A stretch of DNA of 64,000 bases from a virus (Duplodnaviria; Caudoviricetes). Under the pieces are notes generated by a model. It searched no databases. It was given only the letters and a program-made list of their open reading frames with translations, and had not been told where the DNA came from. Position 1 is the first letter of the stretch, and every line of letters starts with the position of its first letter. The DNA lies in the IMG/VR virus record IMGVR_UViG_3300037067_015270, positions 1-64,000 of that record; one strand, given 5' to 3'. Shown piece after piece: positions 30,710 to 40,709 of this stretch. Position numbers and translations under genes: made by a program.

Positions 30710-31117
30710 TTAAACCCTAACTCGGATCACATTGACGTCGTGACACCCGCCCTTCAACACAATCTTCGCACCGCTACCACCATCGTCGGTGATTTCGCAG
30801 ATCGAATTGACGAAATCAAGGACCTCTTTCTCGAAATCAATATCAGTGTTCATCTTGCCATTGCGAAGTGGTACAACGAAATGCGGATGCCCAGGATGGA
30901 GTGTGCCCATGAGTGAAGCCACAATATCACGGACTTCATTCGGTGGAAGATTACCTGTTTCCACATACATTACTGTTCTGATTGGAACGCTCATATTATC
31001 GGCTTCTGCGGACCGAGATAACGCCTGAGTCGCTATCACTGGCGTTTCAACCTTCGATTCCTCATCCTTTATCGCTGGCGGCACACTGCAGCCACACTCA
31101 CATTTGCACTTATCCAT
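30710..31117 (-). CDS. hypothetical protein
   Basis: 135-aa ORF with GGAG RBS. Confidence 0.65.
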   Translation of the reverse strand: MDKCKCECGCSVPPAIKDEESKVETPVIATQALSRSAEADNMSVPIRTVMYVETGNLPPNEVRDIVASLMGTLHPGHPHFVVPLRNGKMNTDIDFEKEVLDFVNSICEITDDGGSGAKIVLKGGCHDVNVIRVRV

Positions 31118-31287
31118 GATCTACTCCATGTTTAGAAAATTCTCTGTAGTCGCCTAGTTATAAAATACATAATGTATTTTACTATCAGAGCTCAACAAAT
31201 CAACGCATAGGTGCTATTATCGCAACTACAACACAATTCCCAATCAATCTTGTTATTCCATTAGCTTCTGAAGAAGAGTGTCAGTAT

Positions 31288-31596
31288 ATGGAATTACTTA
31301 TAGCAGATTTAGTTGGGCGTGAACGCCCAGGAGAACAAAAAGACGATTGTGAACACACAGCGTTTCTTGACAAGGCATATTATGAAAATCCAGATGAAAC
31401 GCAACGCGCAAGACTTCTAATCAATGGTGAGGAAGTCAGAAGGGGCACTACAGAACAAATGAAGGATGCTTTCAAATTACAAGTTGGCATCAACCAGAAG
31501 GCAAATTTTGCTGTTCAAGAATGGCAAAGGCGTCCGCTATCTGGTAAACCGGCTGGTTTTGTTACTATATTATCTAGATCGGTACGGGCAGTTTAG
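31288..31596 (+). CDS. hypothetical protein
   Basis: 102-aa ORF. Confidence 0.6.
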   Translation: MELLIADLVGRERPGEQKDDCEHTAFLDKAYYENPDETQRARLLINGEEVRRGTTEQMKDAFKLQVGINQKANFAVQEWQRRPLSGKPAGFVTILSRSVRAV

Positions 31597-34394
31597 GTGA
31601 TTGTGAACGACGTAGCGCCAAATCCGTAAGTTGCGGTGCTACCATTCCAAATATATCCGCCAATGTAATATATTCCTGGTGGCACTCCGGTCGTATCCCA
31701 ATTCCAACTAGCAGTTCCATTTACTGCCGTAATCTCGCCAACAGAAATCCAATATTCAGTCCCGCTTGTGTTTGGTTGGGTTGCGTAACACAGATTAACT
31801 GTATATCCAGACTGAATACCATATGCTGTCCAATTTACTGGGACAATTGCACCAGCAACATAACTCCCAGAAAGCGGATTAGTCATAGTTAAAGAAATAT
31901 CTGGCACAGGATTACCAGCTGTCTGCGAATGCCAGACATTAGATATGCCTCCGGATGGTGCCACACCTTGCAGACCGACCCAGGCTGTTACCCACTGGCC
32001 ACTTCCAGCCTTTCTTGCTACTGCCGGATTCGTTTGGTCACCAAGACCTCTGTGTGCTAGACTAGGATTATTAACTATATATTCTGATGTTGTAGCAATA
32101 CCAGATGCATTATATTGCCGAGCAACAATTCCTATATTATTGCTATCAATCGGATCATCTGGTTGATGATATGACTGCCAAACAATTACAAAATTACCAT
32201 CTCGATCACAACCGACATCGGGATATAAATGAGAATATGTTGCGTCAAGGTTTACTACAAATTCTGACCCAGCTTTTACACCAGCCGCAGTATAACGTTG
32301 GCCATAAATATTATGGGTGCCATATACGTGCCATGTTACTACAAATGTACCACTTGGAGCGAATGAGACTCTCGAATGCATATAATAAGTGCCACCACCG
32401 CCACCAGATGTAGTATTAACTTGAAATTCGGAGCCGAGTTTTGTGCCTGAATAATTAAGCCGTTGACCATATACATTCTGAGTTGCTGTAGAAGGTCCTT
32501 CGTAAGTATAAACTACAACATAATCACCATTATCTGCTACGTCGATATCAGTAGTTCTGTGTTGTCCGTCTCCACCGGTGCTGATTTTGAAGTTTGTAGA
32601 TCCAACTTTAACACCATCGGCGCTAAATCTCTGACCATAAATATCACTATCAGTTATGCTAATATCTAGGTATAGCTCGCTCCACACGACCATGAAAGCT
32701 TTTGTAGTCGGGTTTATTGCTATCGCTGGATCATAATAATATGAATTTGCAAGTGCATTAACTCTGAATTGATCTCCTAACGGAACACCAGTTGCACTAT
32801 ACATTCTGGCATGAATACCTCTCTCAAAATCCAGGTCTGGCCCACTCCAGGTTATAATAAAAGTACCATCGTCTGCTATGGCTACATCTGGTTCTATTGA
32901 ATATGGATCGCCATATGACGGTACGGTAAATTGCGCTGTTGTAGGATTACCATCTGATGCGAACACCTGCGCCATTACGACCGGTGTAGCGGGAACATCG
33001 TAATTTGCCCAAGTAATCACAAATCTGCCATCAACTGCATCAGCAACACGAGGAGTGCGATAATCTCCGGTGATAAGCTCCGGCGATGATGATGGCGATG
33101 GCGACAACGAAGGCGACAGAGAGGGCGACAGAGAGGGCGACAGTAATGAAGCTGATGGTGAAGGCGACAATGACGGCGATAACGAAGGCGAAGGCGATAG
33201 AGAGGGTGACGCTGAAATAGATGGTGATAATATCGACGGTGATGGCGACAATGATGGTGATAATATCGACAACGACGGTGATGGAGACTGTGATAGCGAT
33301 GGCGATAATGACGGAGACAACAGAGAATGTGAAGGAGATAATGATAATGAAGGCGACAACGATAACGATGGAGAATATGACGCTGATGGCGAGCTACTCA
33401 AAGATGGTGACAATATTGATGGCGATTGCGACCTCGACAGCCATGAAGATACGGATGGTGTCGGTGATAATGATACTGACAACGAAGGCGACAATGAATG
33501 TGATAACGACAATGATGGCGAGTGCGACGGTGATAAACTGGGAGATACTGACAAACTAGGAGACGGTGAAAGCGACACAGATAGTGATAGGCTAAGAGAT
33601 GGAGACGGTGATAGACTGAGAGATGGCGACAAACTAAGAGATGGCGACAATGACGGCGACAAACTAAGAGATGGCGACAATGACGGCGAAAGTGATGGAG
33701 ATAAGCACGGTAATTGTGAAGGTAAAAAATCTGGCCCCCATACATCTACAAACCAAAAAGATTCTTTATCACATACCGGTACTACTGTTCCATCTGCTAA
33801 AACCCATTGAAAAACTAACTCTGTACCTACACTTTCTGGATCTATAAAACGCGGCCCCAATGTTACAGGCGCAGATTCGATACCGGATACAGCATTGTCA
33901 AAGTGATACTTGAATTGGTCTATTGGCCCAGTACCACAATTGAAGCTGGTTTGAAAATAACATGTAGATTGTGAGTTGTTCTCCGTAATTATATATCCGA
34001 CATATCCAAGAGAGCTTGGTTCAATAATTTGTCGCTCAATAGTGCAAATTCCACGCCTATACACATTCTTCGTGTCTCCGTCAACACGACCATAATCTAT
34101 TCCAAGATTTACCTCCACAACAGAAATAATAGTGACTGTGAGATTACTATATCTATTACTAATTATTTGCTCAGCGGCATCAGCATCTGATGCCTGCACT
34201 CTAACAACACCACACGCCCCATTAACACAAAACCTAACATCCCACGTTCGCATCTCGCCCCAAACAATAGGCATTTTGGTAATAGTAGTATAATCTATCA
34301 CACTTACGCCATCTACATCTATTGTCTCCCATTGAGTCCAATATAATGTTCCATAGTCATCTCTGAAAAATATCGACCCTGTGGCTGGCGTCAT
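31593..34394 (-). CDS. 933-aa surface/virion protein: Ser-Pro-Leu linker, repeated 'EFxVN..P.VA...G.FVVTW' beta-propeller-like units, C-terminal Ig-like domain
   Basis: ~210-aa SPSL low-complexity tract; about 6 repeats of F.VN..Q/Y.P.VA...G.FV..W; terminal WNWDTTGVPPGIYYIGGY. Confidence 0.75.
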   Translation of the reverse strand: MTPATGSIFFRDDYGTLYWTQWETIDVDGVSVIDYTTITKMPIVWGEMRTWDVRFCVNGACGVVRVQASDADAAEQIISNRYSNLTVTIISVVEVNLGIDYGRVDGDTKNVYRRGICTIERQIIEPSSLGYVGYIITENNSQSTCYFQTSFNCGTGPIDQFKYHFDNAVSGIESAPVTLGPRFIDPESVGTELVFQWVLADGTVVPVCDKESFWFVDVWGPDFLPSQLPCLSPSLSPSLSPSLSLSPSLSPSLSLSPSLSLSPSPSLSLSLSVSLSPSPSLSVSPSLSPSHSPSLSLSHSLSPSLSVSLSPTPSVSSWLSRSQSPSILSPSLSSSPSASYSPSLSLSPSLSLSPSHSLLSPSLSPSLSQSPSPSLSILSPSLSPSPSILSPSISASPSLSPSPSLSPSLSPSPSASLLSPSLSPSLSPSLSPSPSSSPELITGDYRTPRVADAVDGRFVITWANYDVPATPVVMAQVFASDGNPTTAQFTVPSYGDPYSIEPDVAIADDGTFIITWSGPDLDFERGIHARMYSATGVPLGDQFRVNALANSYYYDPAIAINPTTKAFMVVWSELYLDISITDSDIYGQRFSADGVKVGSTNFKISTGGDGQHRTTDIDVADNGDYVVVYTYEGPSTATQNVYGQRLNYSGTKLGSEFQVNTTSGGGGGTYYMHSRVSFAPSGTFVVTWHVYGTHNIYGQRYTAAGVKAGSEFVVNLDATYSHLYPDVGCDRDGNFVIVWQSYHQPDDPIDSNNIGIVARQYNASGIATTSEYIVNNPSLAHRGLGDQTNPAVARKAGSGQWVTAWVGLQGVAPSGGISNVWHSQTAGNPVPDISLTMTNPLSGSYVAGAIVPVNWTAYGIQSGYTVNLCYATQPNTSGTEYWISVGEITAVNGTASWNWDTTGVPPGIYYIGGYIWNGSTATYGFGATSFTIT

Positions 34395-34566
34395 TTAATA
34401 GCTCACTATTCAGGATAATTCAATTCATTGAACAACTCTCACCAGTCAACAAGAAGGCATAAAGTATATTTGCAATAATCTAGCAAATATGGCTCACTCT
34501 TTTACTCCAATTACAGGTGTTTAATCCGGACCTTTGGATCGAAGTCTCTCAATCTTAATATTCCAC

Positions 34567-34809
34567 TCAATCGTTTGTCGTCCTGCACGCATCAATGAAC
34601 TCATCAAATGTAGATCCGAACGCCTCAGATAGAGTAGAATCAAGTGGTGGCATTGGCTTATATATTGATTTATGAGACTTCGAATCGCCAGCCACTTTAT
34701 CATGGTAGTCTGCCATTAATCTGAGAGCATCAGATGTACTTCCAGAGAAATCATCAGGTAATCTAAAATAAGCCATGTACAAGGTGAGTATCTTCATTTT
34801 ACCTACCAT
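34567..34809 (-). CDS. hypothetical protein
   Basis: 80-aa ORF. Confidence 0.5.
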   Translation of the reverse strand: MVGKMKILTLYMAYFRLPDDFSGSTSDALRLMADYHDKVAGDSKSHKSIYKPMPPLDSTLSEAFGSTFDEFIDACRTTND

Positions 34810-35906
34810 AAGAGGAAATAATTAGATTCACGCAGTAATTTCGATTCTACAGCATGGTCATACAATTGTAAAACATTGGTCGGATTATGTTGTTCTATTA
34901 ATTTCAATTTGTCATCTCTTGAAGCATAACATATCATCCGTTGTGTACAATTTAGCACGTCATTGCTTGGCATGTGAAAGCCATCTAAATTATTGTCGGA
35001 AATGAGTAATTCTACATTTTGATTTTCAAACCACCCAAAATCAGCTCGTAAGAAACTAGCAAATCCTAAATCTAAAGCCCTCTGAAACCTGTCATCTTTA
35101 ATGGTCAAGTACGGCAGGCCCATCATGGCACACGCTAAAGCTTTAGAACCGAATCCTGGATGCAGATCAGCAACAACACCAGTTACGTTCAGTGATTTAA
35201 ATAAAGCGCAATATACTAATGGATTTATAACCCTGCGGCGGGTGAACCATCTAGTAACTTTCCGAATGTTCGAAGAACTTATACGAACCTTCTTTTTATC
35301 GCACACAGTTCTTAACGCAGTCCATAGTACCTTACCTGTTTGGTTGGCACCGGGATTAAAGAAATGCTCTAATATTCGAAAATATGGAGGAATACGTCCC
35401 CTAGGAAAACAGGTAATCGCACCATTTATCAGATGCTTATCAGAGTTTGCGTTCTGCAATTGCTCCCAATCTTTTTCAAGTATCTCCTCGGGATACCAAT
35501 CTGGCTCTGGCTTTGTTTTAAGAATCTCACGGAGCAGATGGTGCATGGCTATGCGCCGCTCCATTAGCGTGGCTTCGTTGAATTGGTTGCGATTAATACA
35601 CCAATGATATGTGGGAGATTCATCTAGCGGGTCATAGCGGTATTCTTTGAATACCTGTAGTTCCTGTCTTATCGCAGCTAATTTTGGATTAACAACGAAA
35701 GTATTATCATGTCGCTTTTTCTTGCGCTTTTTAACCTTGAAATAATATAATTCTCTTATCCCGGTCTTGTATACTGCTTGAATTGTTGTCGGACGTAGGT
35801 ATGCAGTTTTTATTATGTCAGTCTGTTCTAGTTGGGACGCTAGTAACTTCACCCACAGTGGTGTCGTCCCAGGTCGTACGCGTCGACGACGAAACCTTTG
35901 GTGCAT
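34803..35906 (-). CDS. protein with degenerate SAM-dependent methyltransferase-like C-terminus
   Basis: VVADLHPGFGSKALACA resembles motif I (D..xGxG). Confidence 0.5.
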   Translation of the reverse strand: MHQRFRRRRVRPGTTPLWVKLLASQLEQTDIIKTAYLRPTTIQAVYKTGIRELYYFKVKKRKKKRHDNTFVVNPKLAAIRQELQVFKEYRYDPLDESPTYHWCINRNQFNEATLMERRIAMHHLLREILKTKPEPDWYPEEILEKDWEQLQNANSDKHLINGAITCFPRGRIPPYFRILEHFFNPGANQTGKVLWTALRTVCDKKKVRISSSNIRKVTRWFTRRRVINPLVYCALFKSLNVTGVVADLHPGFGSKALACAMMGLPYLTIKDDRFQRALDLGFASFLRADFGWFENQNVELLISDNNLDGFHMPSNDVLNCTQRMICYASRDDKLKLIEQHNPTNVLQLYDHAVESKLLRESNYFLLW

Positions 35907-36471
35907 ATCTAGTTCTTACCTGAATTTTAAACTTATTCAACCAAGTGGATATTGAATCTTTTGAGACACCTGCAATTTTCCCACACATAGCCAAAGTTTG
36001 ACCTAATTCCACATAATGTTTGTACAACCATTCATAATTATTACATGGATTAGTTGTATGTTTAGATCTCCTAGGCATTGTTGGTATATTGTATTTACGC
36101 AGACGCTTGGTAACAGTCCTCCTGTTTAGGTGTGTTATTCTAGATAAAGTGCGTATACCATAGAGTTGATAATAATGTCTCCACCATTCTGCACAATCCC
36201 AACCGGGTTCTAGTTTTATATCTGGAACAATATAAACACACTTAGGTACTGGGCTTGGACGCTTGGTTCTAATTAGATCAGTGCCATCAGTTCTTGTTTT
36301 TAGCATCCTGATATATCTAGAGCCAAACGACAAGACTTGCGACAAGTCATTAGTACTGAAGAATTTATAGCGTAGAAAGAAATTTTTTAGCTGCTCTGGG
36401 TCATATTTATTAAGCAGCTTAAACTCATCACGCATTATCTGGCAATGGTCATCATTAACTAAACAGGGCAT
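35818..36471 (-). CDS. multi-HTH DNA-binding protein
   Basis: IRTLSRITHLNRRTVTKRLRKYNI and WLYKHYVELGQTLAMCGKIAGVSKDSISTWLNKFKI. Confidence 0.65.
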   Translation of the reverse strand: MPCLVNDDHCQIMRDEFKLLNKYDPEQLKNFFLRYKFFSTNDLSQVLSFGSRYIRMLKTRTDGTDLIRTKRPSPVPKCVYIVPDIKLEPGWDCAEWWRHYYQLYGIRTLSRITHLNRRTVTKRLRKYNIPTMPRRSKHTTNPCNNYEWLYKHYVELGQTLAMCGKIAGVSKDSISTWLNKFKIQVRTRYAPKVSSSTRTTWDDTTVGEVTSVPTRTD

Positions 36472-36670
36472 CGTTCAACTGCTGGTCGAAAGACTCTTTC
36501 TTGACATGTTTAGGAAGGCCCTTCGTTTTCGTCGAGGCGAAATCTTTGGCTGCCTTGTCAGTCATACCCTTAGCGGCTTTCTTGACTGCTGGAGATGCCT
36601 TTCCGCCCTCTTCCTTGTGTTTATGCACCATACCCATAAATTGTTGCTGTGCTTTACTTACTGCTGGCAT
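36455..36670 (-). CDS. DUF3008-like small protein
   Basis: MPAVSKAQQ.FMG...M..K..KDFASTKTKGLP. Confidence 0.65.
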   Translation of the reverse strand: MPAVSKAQQQFMGMVHKHKEEGGKASPAVKKAAKGMTDKAAKDFASTKTKGLPKHVKKESFDQQLNDALFS

Positions 36671-36739
36671 AGAAATCTCCTTTTCGTATAATTTTGATTA
36701 ACAGAAATCCTGCAATCACCTAGTTATAAATACAATATC

Positions 36740-37222
36740 TCAGGCAGACTCTAATTCCATGTAGTAGGCAGAATGGTCTGGTGCATAATAGTTGCGAACC
36801 ACATTTTTCGCAACAAAACCATTACTACGTAGAAATAATTGTGCTGGTAGATTCCGTTCACTGATATGAACAGAAATATAATCTTTCTTTTCCAAGTTGA
36901 GCTTTATCTTTAGCATATCAATAATGAGAGATGCTATTTTTCGCCTTCTGTGATAACGCTCAACTGCAAGATTACATAATTCTATATGGTCTTGATGATA
37001 CTTTATTATGACGTACGCAGCAATAAAACCATCATGCTCCACAACATAACACTTGTCTCCACATAATGTGGAATGAAAATCGAAGCTGCTGTGTTCTATG
37101 GCTGTGATTTGTTCAAAATCACGTTTAGAAACAAAGCGAATATTGGCTGGTATTGAGTGTGTGAGATTTTTATATCTTAAGAAATAAACTTGACTAGCAT
37201 CTCGCATAAGCTCTTTATTCAT
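36740..37222 (-). CDS. RimI-like GNAT acetyltransferase
   Basis: IEHSSF...NLAVERYHRRRKIA...SERNLPAQLFLRSNGF...RNYY..DHSAYYM. Confidence 0.75.
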   Translation of the reverse strand: MNKELMRDASQVYFLRYKNLTHSIPANIRFVSKRDFEQITAIEHSSFDFHSTLCGDKCYVVEHDGFIAAYVIIKYHQDHIELCNLAVERYHRRRKIASLIIDMLKIKLNLEKKDYISVHISERNLPAQLFLRSNGFVAKNVVRNYYAPDHSAYYMELESA

Positions 37223-37296
37223 CAGTTCCCTCTATGAACAAGTGCTGTTGATTTCGCATATGCGTATTAAAACACAGCTTTTCCTTCCTTGCAATA

Positions 37297-38334
37297 TTAA
37301 TTCATTATAATCGACCAACGTACGACAATCATAAAGTCAGAACTCTTCTTGAATGGCACTTTGAGAATGCGCTGTGAGAACAGTCGTAGTGAATCTCTGA
37401 AAATTCCAATAGCACCTGTGATGTTGTTTCCGTCAGAATCAACAGGAGTTCTGTCCAAACCAATATCACTACCACCAACCAATTTGGATGTCACTAAATA
37501 GTACTCATTAATCTGCGATAAGGTTGTGCCATCTACATTGGTAATCTTTATTTGGTCGCCTTCACTAATCACATCGACATATGCAATATCTGCAATATCT
37601 ATTGATATAGTGGCAGTACCCGTTGCTGTCGCTATTATCGGAGTACCGTCAGCTTTACCTTCTAAGAAAATCGTCTTCGGGTCGCACTCACATTGACCTA
37701 CTTCACCAAGTTCTTTACCACCAGCCAGAGCAACCTCGGTGATTGTGAAATAATCAGAATCAGTCAACCCAAAACCATTGTATTCATCTTTAGTTAATGT
37801 TGTTTCGAATACAACAATGTTGTTCATCGCACGGACATCGTCTTGCATCAACGGTGTGCCCGCTGGTTGATATGTCGGTTGATAATATATTGATTCAACT
37901 CTCTTTAATGGTCTCCCAGGCTCTGAAATAGGAATCGCATTAATCAAACCACCGTCATATTCTGCGCCGACACCCAAAGTGATTGGTATAGTTAATCCTG
38001 TAATTGGATCGGTTGTGTAATAACGCGGATCTGTGGTATCTAAAGCAGCACCGGTATCTGGATCAAAAGAAGCACCGAATAAGATGTATTTCGGTGCGTA
38101 GTCTGCAGCATTTAAACCACTCGCAACCCAGGCACCAGCGCCGCTACTAGCGTTAGGGTCCCAAATCTTCTCGTATGGTAATCTGTGTGCTAATATCTCC
38201 TTAGCACCAATTTTAACAATGTTATGTTGGCGATTATGTTCTAACACACGGCCATGTATGTCTTTGATGATAATTTCAATCTCACCATCACATGTATGGC
38301 TGAGTGATTCATTTAGATTTAAGACATTATCCAT
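37297..38334 (-). CDS. virion structural protein (tail/baseplate-associated)
   Basis: GEIEI...HNIV..G...ITEVAL...LFSQRI...FKKSSDF...VRWSI pattern typical of tail-collar/baseplate proteins. Confidence 0.6.
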   Translation of the reverse strand: MDNVLNLNESLSHTCDGEIEIIIKDIHGRVLEHNRQHNIVKIGAKEILAHRLPYEKIWDPNASSGAGAWVASGLNAADYAPKYILFGASFDPDTGAALDTTDPRYYTTDPITGLTIPITLGVGAEYDGGLINAIPISEPGRPLKRVESIYYQPTYQPAGTPLMQDDVRAMNNIVVFETTLTKDEYNGFGLTDSDYFTITEVALAGGKELGEVGQCECDPKTIFLEGKADGTPIIATATGTATISIDIADIAYVDVISEGDQIKITNVDGTTLSQINEYYLVTSKLVGGSDIGLDRTPVDSDGNNITGAIGIFRDSLRLFSQRILKVPFKKSSDFMIVVRWSIIMN

Positions 38335-38346
38335 ATTCGCAAATCC

Positions 38347-38976
38347 TTATTTGTTGAAATCCTTAAACATCCAATTCGACATCGCCTGCGAAATACGACT
38401 CAGAATTTGCAGGTTGAGCAATTCTTCAAAAATCCAAATAATAGGCTTGCGAACACAAACCCATAAAACATTCCATGGCCAAAGAATTGCCCATGTTAGC
38501 AGCCGTGCTTTGTTATCACGATATTGTGGCGGAACAAGAATGCCACCATCACTAACATGCATACCGTTATATCGACCGATATCATAAGCACGAGCACACC
38601 ATTGACGAAATAGTGTATGGCTTGGTGTAATCGAATCGCCACTAGCAAAACCACCGCTATTTAATATTTCTTCTTTAACTCTCTTTAATTGTCTATATAA
38701 ACCATATAAGTATAATGGCCAACGCATGAAAATTGAATAAATGCAACCAATAATGAAATAACAACCAATGTATAATGTTGCAGCCCATGGATTGGTCCAA
38801 GCTGCTGGACCGACTTCTGTGAAAAGCACAGCTAATGCCAATGATATAAGTAGAACGACACTTGAACCCTGTGGGCTGGGTTCGTCAATAGCAGATAAAA
38901 CGATAAAAATAATGCTGAGTATAGCCAACACAACAAAGAATGTGATGCCATCGATCGCTAATAATATTGTAATCAT
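38347..38976 (-). CDS. membrane protein
   Basis: 3-4 hydrophobic helices. Confidence 0.7.
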   Translation of the reverse strand: MITILLAIDGITFFVVLAILSIIFIVLSAIDEPSPQGSSVVLLISLALAVLFTEVGPAAWTNPWAATLYIGCYFIIGCIYSIFMRWPLYLYGLYRQLKRVKEEILNSGGFASGDSITPSHTLFRQWCARAYDIGRYNGMHVSDGGILVPPQYRDNKARLLTWAILWPWNVLWVCVRKPIIWIFEELLNLQILSRISQAMSNWMFKDFNK

Positions 38977-39626
38977 TAAATTACTACGTCCGGGATTGAG
39001 AAATTATTTGGTAATATATTCATAATGACAACAGTAAATGTGTCATCTTTAACGAGTGTTGTACTATTCAACAATTTAATCGTTGTAGCGGTATAATATT
39101 CACAGTTGCGTGGATCTATTAACAAACCATTGATATAAACGAATGGCCTTGTTTTAATCAGATCAATTTCACCTTGTAGCGTTACTGGAACTGGGATTTC
39201 TGTCGCCGAAGTAGATGCGACATAACCACCAAAAGTCGTTACAGGAGCAGCTCCGGATAATTTGCTGTTTGTACTAGTATACCACGCACTCAACGTTACT
39301 GGAATTGTAGTTATTGTTTCTAATTCGATAACGCTAGCAAGACTCATCCAAGAACCAGTGATGTTTTCAAGACTGCTACGCCAGATTTTGAGTGTCAAAT
39401 CATTCAAGTCGAACCATAACGTTCCATCGCGGTATTGAGTTGGTTCATCGTAAGACGATTGATTTGCTAAAAGGCTAATGTACCATAACAATAACCAATC
39501 CCATCTAGGTTGTGCATCAGGATAAGGAAATCTTTCATGGTCTTGCCCAGACAAACCAACATCAGATGCAAAATCAATCAGTGGCGCTGGAAATCGTAGT
39601 CTATTGTCTGGAAGCATATTCTTCAA
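38976..39626 (-). CDS. putative virion structural protein
   Basis: 216-aa ORF; GTLWFD...LKIW and VYINGLL motifs common in fibre modules. Confidence 0.6.
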   Translation of the reverse strand: MKNMLPDNRLRFPAPLIDFASDVGLSGQDHERFPYPDAQPRWDWLLLWYISLLANQSSYDEPTQYRDGTLWFDLNDLTLKIWRSSLENITGSWMSLASVIELETITTIPVTLSAWYTSTNSKLSGAAPVTTFGGYVASTSATEIPVPVTLQGEIDLIKTRPFVYINGLLIDPRNCEYYTATTIKLLNSTTLVKDDTFTVVIMNILPNNFSIPDVVI

Positions 39627-39632
39627 TCCTAT

Positions 39633-40526
39633 TTATTTGGAAGCGACAGCTGTTTCTTGTTCTGGCGCTGGCGGTGCATACTTGCCAGTAATTTGGTCTA
39701 CCAACCCAGAAATTTCTTTTTGGTGGTCGCTTAATTCTTTCGCACGCTGTTTAGCAGCTTCGCGTTCAAGTTCTTTAGCGTTTGGTGATTTGCCTAATGC
39801 GACAGACCAAAGAGCCTCCATAGTGTCTTCAAATACTTTCTTATCGGAAAGTGTCATTGGCTCAACACGCCATTTCTCATCACCGCTCTTGCCCTTAAAA
39901 ACGATAACGTGTGAACCTGGCTCAGCTACATGCCAAGTGATACCTTGCTTCTTTAGAGCATTCTTTAGCGTGATGCCAGATTTGGTCTTTGCATCTAACG
40001 CTTGTTGGAGCATTTCGACCCCAACCTTAGGTTGTGCAGCACCATCAGGGACAGCAATACCATCTAATGCTTCGTCGATAGCCTTGTTCAGCATTATCTT
40101 TCTATCTTCGAAGAAGCGATCCTTAGCACGTGGCGGCTCGTCCTCGTCCGGCTCCCAATCTTTCTTTTTCTCGTCCGGCTTATCTTCTTTCTCGTCCTTC
40201 TTCTCCCATGGTTTGTCGAAAGCCTCGTTAAGATTCTTGTAGAACTTGCCGAATTTATTATCAGCCGAATTAATAATTGATGATACACTAATCTTCGGAT
40301 CCGAAGTAATAACAACCATTGTTCCAGCCGAAACCCTCTTCGTTTCAGCAATAATATTATTAGCTATAGCAGATCTTTGTAATCTTTTAGCTATTGTTGA
40401 TAATGGCTGCTTAGTTAGAATTACTTTGAGATTGTCCTCACTAATGAGCAATTCTGTCTGGATACCAGCTATTGAGCATGCTTGGTTGAAGAATTTATGT
40501 ACAGTATAAAGATTGTTCACGGTCAA
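39633..40526 (-). CDS. hypothetical protein (candidate internal head protein)
   Basis: 297-aa ORF (GTG start, GGAG RBS); LNEA and IDEA motifs. Confidence 0.65.
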   Translation of the reverse strand: MTVNNLYTVHKFFNQACSIAGIQTELLISEDNLKVILTKQPLSTIAKRLQRSAIANNIIAETKRVSAGTMVVITSDPKISVSSIINSADNKFGKFYKNLNEAFDKPWEKKDEKEDKPDEKKKDWEPDEDEPPRAKDRFFEDRKIMLNKAIDEALDGIAVPDGAAQPKVGVEMLQQALDAKTKSGITLKNALKKQGITWHVAEPGSHVIVFKGKSGDEKWRVEPMTLSDKKVFEDTMEALWSVALGKSPNAKELEREAAKQRAKELSDHQKEISGLVDQITGKYAPPAPEQETAVASK

Positions 40527-40709
40527 CTCCTTGGCAGCCCAAATGTATTATACTTAACTTCCTGAGTATCTTTGACAAATTAAGATTATCATTTAAAACT
40601 ATTATATGGTACGTTATCTCATAGGTGAGGTAAACATTAAAGGCTCTCATATGGCAGCTACTAAAAGATTTGACAACGGTTTGTTTACTGCCTCAAAAGT
40701 AAATAGGAT

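Noticed and set aside
32619-32627. GGCGCTAAA matches the seed of an array-2 spacer
   Set aside because: 9-nt intragenic match, consistent with chance
33070-33810. 246-aa DGDN-repeat ORF on the plus strand
   Set aside because: Antisense shadow of the SPSL tract in the 933-aa gene
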